DNA from: Oceaniferula sp.
GTDB taxonomy: Bacteria; Verrucomicrobiota; Verrucomicrobiia; Verrucomicrobiales; Akkermansiaceae
Direction of reading: 5' to 3'
Length of the DNA stretch: 34,604 nucleotides
Assembly: GCA_965656385.1 (NCBI GenBank)
Contig: CBFHKM010000004.1
Span: 1-34,604, forward strand
The position numbers and the translations under genes are program-made. The notes under the pieces are model-generated. The model was not told the origin of the DNA and did not search any database. It was given only the letters and a program-made list of their open reading frames with translations. Below, one piece after another: positions 30,868 to 34,604 of this stretch (position 1 is the first letter of the stretch; each line of letters begins with the position of its first letter).

Positions 30868-30916
30868 AAGGGAGAAAGGCTCAAATTTTGGCTGCGTGTT
30901 GTCAACCCCCTATCTT

Positions 30917-30971
30917 CCCCATGACAGCCCTTCCGATCACCTCACCCAAAAAGCAAATTCCTAGCAGTCAG
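30917..30971. repeat. 55-bp direct repeat, copy 2
   Basis: 51/55 identical to 29719-29773. Confidence 0.92.
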
Positions 30972-31102
30972 TCATTATAAGGTGGGCGATGGTTGATCTG
31001 GCGGTTGACTGATGTCAATCTGCGCTACCGAAGGTTATTGCAAGAAGCAGGGTTAAATCTGCTATTCCCTTCGTGTTCAAGATGGGATACACAGGCTGTG
31101 GA

Positions 31103-32167
31103 ATGAATGTTGATTTTCTAATCATTGGCCAGGGCCTAGCCGGTAGCACGCTTGCTGTCGAATTACTCAAGCGTGGGCACTCTGTTCTGGTAGTGGATCG
31201 GCAAGATGGTACGGGCTCGACGAGGATTGCTGCTGGCTTGATAACTCCACTGACAGGTAAGGGGATGAACCCAGCATGGCGACAGCAGCATTATTTGCCG
31301 AAAGCGGTCACATTTTATCATGCTTTAGAAAAAGAAAGTGGTCGCAAGCTCTATCACTCAACACCTGTGGTGCGTGTGTTCGCCTCTGAGAAAGAACGTG
31401 ACAAGTGGAGGGGGAAGAAAGATGAGCTTGGCCACTGGGCGCATGAGCTGCCAGAGATCGAAGGGCCTTTTCAACACGAATTCGGTGGTGTCGAAATGCC
31501 TGACGGCGCATGGCTTGATACTTTGGCTTTTTTGCATGTAGTGAAGGATAAGTTGATCGATGCGAGCGCTTGGCGCGAGGCAGCCTTTGCTGAGGAAGAT
31601 GTTTCATTTATTGGTGGTAAGGTCCATTGGCAAGACGTGGTCGCAGAGAAGGTGATCCTGTGCCAAGGTGCCTACGGCTTGAAGGGAGTGGATGATTATC
31701 AAGGTTGGTTTTCACATATTAACCACCGCAGTGCAAAAGGTGAAATTTTGAACGTTTGGATTGATGAGCTTGATGAGGCAAGGCGTTACCACTGCAATGG
31801 CTGGTTGGCTCCCCGAGAGGGAGGTATGTGGAAGGCAGGTGCGAATTATGACTGGAAGCATATGAATGCGATACCAACAGAGGAGGGTAAGTTAGAGGTG
31901 ATTGAAAAATTAAACACATGGGTCAATCTAAGTGGCGGCAAGGACGTTCCCATGGAGGTAATTGGCCACGAGGCAGGGATCAGGCCGATCGTAAGAAACA
32001 GCATGCCAGTGGTCGGTTTCCACCCTGAGATGGCAGAGGTGGGTTTTTTCAACGGTTTAGGATCGAAAGGATCGTTGATGGCACCTGCTGTGGCTGAACA
32101 TTTTGCCGCGCACTTGAGTGGCGAATGTGATCTCGATGATGAACTGAAATTAGTCCAGCCAGGTTGA
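31103..32167 (+). CDS. FAD-dependent oxidoreductase (DAO/glycine oxidase/MnmC oxidase-like)
   Basis: DFLIIGQGLAG Rossmann motif, TRIAAGLITP, AKGEIL, AGIRP, PVVG, NGLGSKG...AP. Confidence 0.88.
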   Translation: MNVDFLIIGQGLAGSTLAVELLKRGHSVLVVDRQDGTGSTRIAAGLITPLTGKGMNPAWRQQHYLPKAVTFYHALEKESGRKLYHSTPVVRVFASEKERDKWRGKKDELGHWAHELPEIEGPFQHEFGGVEMPDGAWLDTLAFLHVVKDKLIDASAWREAAFAEEDVSFIGGKVHWQDVVAEKVILCQGAYGLKGVDDYQGWFSHINHRSAKGEILNVWIDELDEARRYHCNGWLAPREGGMWKAGANYDWKHMNAIPTEEGKLEVIEKLNTWVNLSGGKDVPMEVIGHEAGIRPIVRNSMPVVGFHPEMAEVGFFNGLGSKGSLMAPAVAEHFAAHLSGECDLDDELKLVQPG

Positions 32168-32203
32168 GGGCTTTGACTCGCCAAAAAGCAGAATGGCTGT
32201 GGT

Positions 32204-32806
32204 ATGATTGAAGAGAAAAGCACATCAGCAAGCTTGCTGGTTCAAGCTCATGAGTTGGTTGCTGGGGTTTTGCTGGCAGGCGATACGGCAGTGGACGCAA
32301 CAATAGGTAATGGGCATGACACCCTGTTTTTAACCAGATGTGTTGGCGTTTCTGGTATGGTCTATGGCTTTGATGTTCAGCAGGCAGCTTTGATTAACTC
32401 GCGTGAGAGACTTGAAGCGGACAAGGTAGATGGTGGTTGTTATCAGCTGATCTGTGAGAGCCATGCTGATATGGAGCATTATGTGGTAGGCCCGGCAAAG
32501 GCGGTGATGTTTAATCTCGGCTATTTGCCGGGTGGGGATAAGACGAAGATTACGCATGCAGATTCAACTTCAGCTGCATTATTGGCGGCGGCAGGTTTAA
32601 TAGCCTGTGGCGGGATGTTAACGGTGATGTGCTATCCGGGTCACGATGGTGGTGATGACGAGGCACGCATGGTGACTGAATTCATCAATGAGCTTGATGG
32701 TGAGCAATGGGTGAAGGTGCGTTACAACCGCGTGCAGGCAAAGCACTGGTCTCCTTATCTCTGGACTTTGAGACGAAGATCCTCAGATGAAAGTTCGGCT
32801 GGGTGA
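32204..32806 (+). CDS. mnmM: Class I SAM methyltransferase, YtqB/MnmM family
   Basis: VDATIGNGHDT, VYGFDVQ..A, SHA, FNLGYLPGGDK, CYPGHDGG.DE. Confidence 0.8.
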   Translation: MIEEKSTSASLLVQAHELVAGVLLAGDTAVDATIGNGHDTLFLTRCVGVSGMVYGFDVQQAALINSRERLEADKVDGGCYQLICESHADMEHYVVGPAKAVMFNLGYLPGGDKTKITHADSTSAALLAAAGLIACGGMLTVMCYPGHDGGDDEARMVTEFINELDGEQWVKVRYNRVQAKHWSPYLWTLRRRSSDESSAG

Positions 32807-32839
32807 AAAAACGGCCAGACCTCGATGGAGGGCTGGCCG
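32806..32839 (-). terminator. Rho-independent terminator for the minus-strand selenoprotein candidate
   Basis: CGGCCAG..CTC-loop-GAG..CTGGCCG hairpin followed on the minus strand by TTTTTT; begins 24 nt after the TAG at 32864-32866. Confidence 0.75.
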
Positions 32840-32863
32840 CAAATGATTAAGTAAATAGTTTAT

Positions 32864-33448
32864 CTAGAAAGGTTTGCCCACAAGAGGCCTGCTTGCTTGG
32901 ATATTCATTTTGAATGGAGCAATTGCTTTGGCAACACTGTCTTGGTCGAGATCACCAGCCTTGTTAAGGTGGAGGGTGATACCTCGGTTGACGTAAGCTG
33001 CTGCAATATTGTCAAGTTGTTCTAAAGCCACACGGGCTTTTTCGTTGGTGTCCGCTCATCCGGTTCCAGTAACAGCCAACACATAGCCAGCTTCAGGAAT
33101 CACGATTTCGTCTTTCTTGAACGAGACAAGTTTTAGCGACTTTCTATTCAGTGACTGCTCAACTTTGGCTTTGTCGAGATCCTGCCCGTCCTTCATGACG
33201 ACAGTAGCTCGCAAACCTGAAAGTAGAATTTTGCTGACGCCACTTTGTGTTTTCAGAGCCAAACTGGCTCTGCTGGAAACGCCTCATCCCTTGCCGCTGA
33301 CTTGGACAAGGTAGACGCTTGCGGTGTTGGTAATGGCATCGGCCGCTGCTGCCTCGGCAACATTGGCATGCACAGTAGCCAACATGGGTAGCGCCGCTAA
33401 CCCGAGAGCAGCAGCACATGCAGTTGTTTTTCGTATGCTAGTTTTCAT
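32864..33448 (-). CDS. Putative secreted selenoprotein with two HMA-like repeats (Sec at codons 55 and 131), 194 aa
   Basis: One frame from ATG 33448 to TAG 32864, broken only by TGA at 33284-33286 and 33056-33058. Contexts YLVQVSGKG-U-GVS and YVLAVTGTG-U-ADT; signal peptide; hairpin 3' of each TGA; terminator after the TAG. Confidence 0.8.
33024..33040 (-). promoter_or_regulatory. SECIS-like hairpin 2
   Basis: AAAGCC-CGUGU-GGCUUU; stem starts after a 15-nt spacer following UGA2. Confidence 0.68.
33254..33272 (-). promoter_or_regulatory. SECIS-like hairpin 1
   Basis: CAGAGCC-AGUUU-GGCUCUG; stem starts after an 11-nt spacer following UGA1; GU in the apical loop. Confidence 0.75.
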
Positions 33449-33612
33449 AGTAGGATCATTGGATGAATGCTCAACCTGTGGGCATTCGAGATAAAAATAA
33501 TATTAGTTAAATTACGTATGTTTTCTGATTCTGCAAGTGGAGAAGTCATAATTCAGAGTTACACATTTTAATAATACGAGCGGGAGCTGTATAAACCTTG
33601 CAAAAAAATGAT

Positions 33613-34071
33613 CTAGTTTACTTCAATGATCATATTAATTTCGACAGATACATTGAGAGGAAGGGATGCTGCGCCAAGGGCTGTTCGTGAATGTATTCCT
33701 TTGTCACCGAAGATTGCGATAAGCAGGTCGGAACAACCATTGATAACGGCAGGGTGCTGGTAGAAATCAGGCTCAGAGTTAACAAAGCCACCTATACTGA
33801 CAATTTGTTCGACCCGGTCTAAGTTGCCGATTTCTTCTTTTACTACAGCGAGTCGATTGAGCGTAATTAGACGAGCTGCCTCTTGAGCTGTTTCAAGAGA
33901 GGTGTCAGTCGGAACTTTGCCCATGTAGGTTTCCTCGTCGAGTGGGGGGATACCTCCAGAAAGGTAAAGCAAATTACCTGAGCGAACACAGTTTACATAG
34001 GATCCTGCTGGCGCAGGGACGACAGGAAGACTGTAGCCAAGCTCTTGGATTTTGGATTCGATGAGGGACAC
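33613..34071 (-). CDS. RidA/YjgF/YER057c/UK114 family protein
   Basis: LP.VPAPAGSYV, GNLLYLSG, GFVNS.PDF..HP.VINGCSDL..IFGDKG.HSRTALG..SLPLNVSVEI; GTG start. Confidence 0.92.
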   Translation of the reverse strand: MSLIESKIQELGYSLPVVPAPAGSYVNCVRSGNLLYLSGGIPPLDEETYMGKVPTDTSLETAQEAARLITLNRLAVVKEEIGNLDRVEQIVSIGGFVNSEPDFYQHPAVINGCSDLLIAIFGDKGIHSRTALGAASLPLNVSVEINMIIEVN

Positions 34072-34085
34072 GGCTCTGGCTTGTG

Positions 34086-34604
34086 TTAAGAATGATGTTG
34101 AAGTGCTGCAGCAATGAATCCAGAGAAGATAGGATGTGGGTGATTAGGTCTCGATTGGAATTCGGGGTGGAATTGAGCACCAATGAAAAAAGGGTGATCG
34201 CTGATCTCTACGATTTCAACGAGGCCTTCGGGCTCGGAAACAGCACTGATTTTGAGACCTGCGGCTTCAATCTGCTGGCGGTAAGCAGGATTGAACTCAT
34301 AGCGGTGTCGGTGGCGCTCGCTGATGATGTCTTTCCCGTAGAGTTGGTGGGCTACGGTATTGGGTAGGATTTTTGAATCACTGGCACCCAGGCGCATGGT
34401 TGCTCCCATGTCTTCAACACCTTGCTGTTCCTCTTGCAAGGAAATCACTGGGTGCGGGCTTTCTTTGTCAAATTCGGTTGAGTTAGCCGCTTGCAGGTCA
34501 CAAGCGTTTCTAGCGAACTCAATGGTGGCGATTTGCATGCCTAAGCAGATGCCAAAGTAGGGAATCTTTTGCTCTCGGGCATATTTAGCCGTAAGTATTT
34601 TCCC
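34086..34604 (-). CDS. pyrG: CTP synthase, 3' part (glutamine amidotransferase domain; truncated by window edge)
   Basis: Frame open to the window end: PYFGICLGMQ, GATMRLG, ERHRHRYEFN, QFHPEF.SRP..PHP.F.GFI.AA. Confidence 0.97.
   Translation of the reverse strand, partial: GKILTAKYAREQKIPYFGICLGMQIATIEFARNACDLQAANSTEFDKESPHPVISLQEEQQGVEDMGATMRLGASDSKILPNTVAHQLYGKDIISERHRHRYEFNPAYRQQIEAAGLKISAVSEPEGLVEIVEISDHPFFIGAQFHPEFQSRPNHPHPIFSGFIAAALQHHS

Noticed and set aside
29719-30971. Direct repeats as integron attC sites or IS ends
   Set aside because: No clear RYYYAAC...GTTRRRY palindromic structure, no terminal inverted repeats, and no integrase or transposase.
33056-33419. ORF-track entries 33056-33262(-), 33159-33419(-, Cys-rich) and 33117-33314(+) as separate genes
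   Set aside because: The first is the inter-UGA fragment of the read-through gene; the others are off-frame or antisense shadows.
32864-33448. Genome-wide UGA reassignment (code 4/25) or a pseudogene as the explanation for the two TGAs
   Set aside because: Other genes end at TGA at natural C-termini (11501, 22433, 32167, 32806) and use TGG for Trp. Stops at equivalent repeat positions, each with a matching hairpin and with no frameshifts, argue against decay.

Overview
This is a gene-dense bacterial chromosome segment in standard code 11. The gene content (long GreA, SHD1-domain hydrolase, plant-Deg-like proteases, short MetRS) suggests a PVC-superphylum organism, probably Verrucomicrobiota; that is an inference. 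From left to right it carries a type II secretion cluster (gspG-H-I-J-K-L-M, a GspC-position gene, gspD), an EboF-like phosphodiesterase, an ECF sigma/PDZ membrane protein pair, greA, eno, queE, a PduO-type adenosyltransferase and a C39-like peptidase. It continues with an active plus an apparently inactive Deg/HtrA protease pair, a GT9, metG, a SurA/PpiD-like chaperone, ppnP, an eboB-(TA-like pair)-eboE operon, a hydrolase flanked by 55-bp direct repeats, an FAD oxidoreductase plus MnmM-like methyltransferase pair, a Rid protein and the 3' part of pyrG. The main discovery is a gene the ORF track breaks into fragments. 33448->32864 (minus) reads as one 194-aa secreted protein with two HMA-like repeats. 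Each repeat has an in-frame TGA at the position of the first metal-binding Cys, and each TGA is followed by a similar SECIS-like hairpin. It is a strong candidate for a two-selenocysteine periplasmic protein. All calls are from reading the sequence and motif recognition only; no searches were run.
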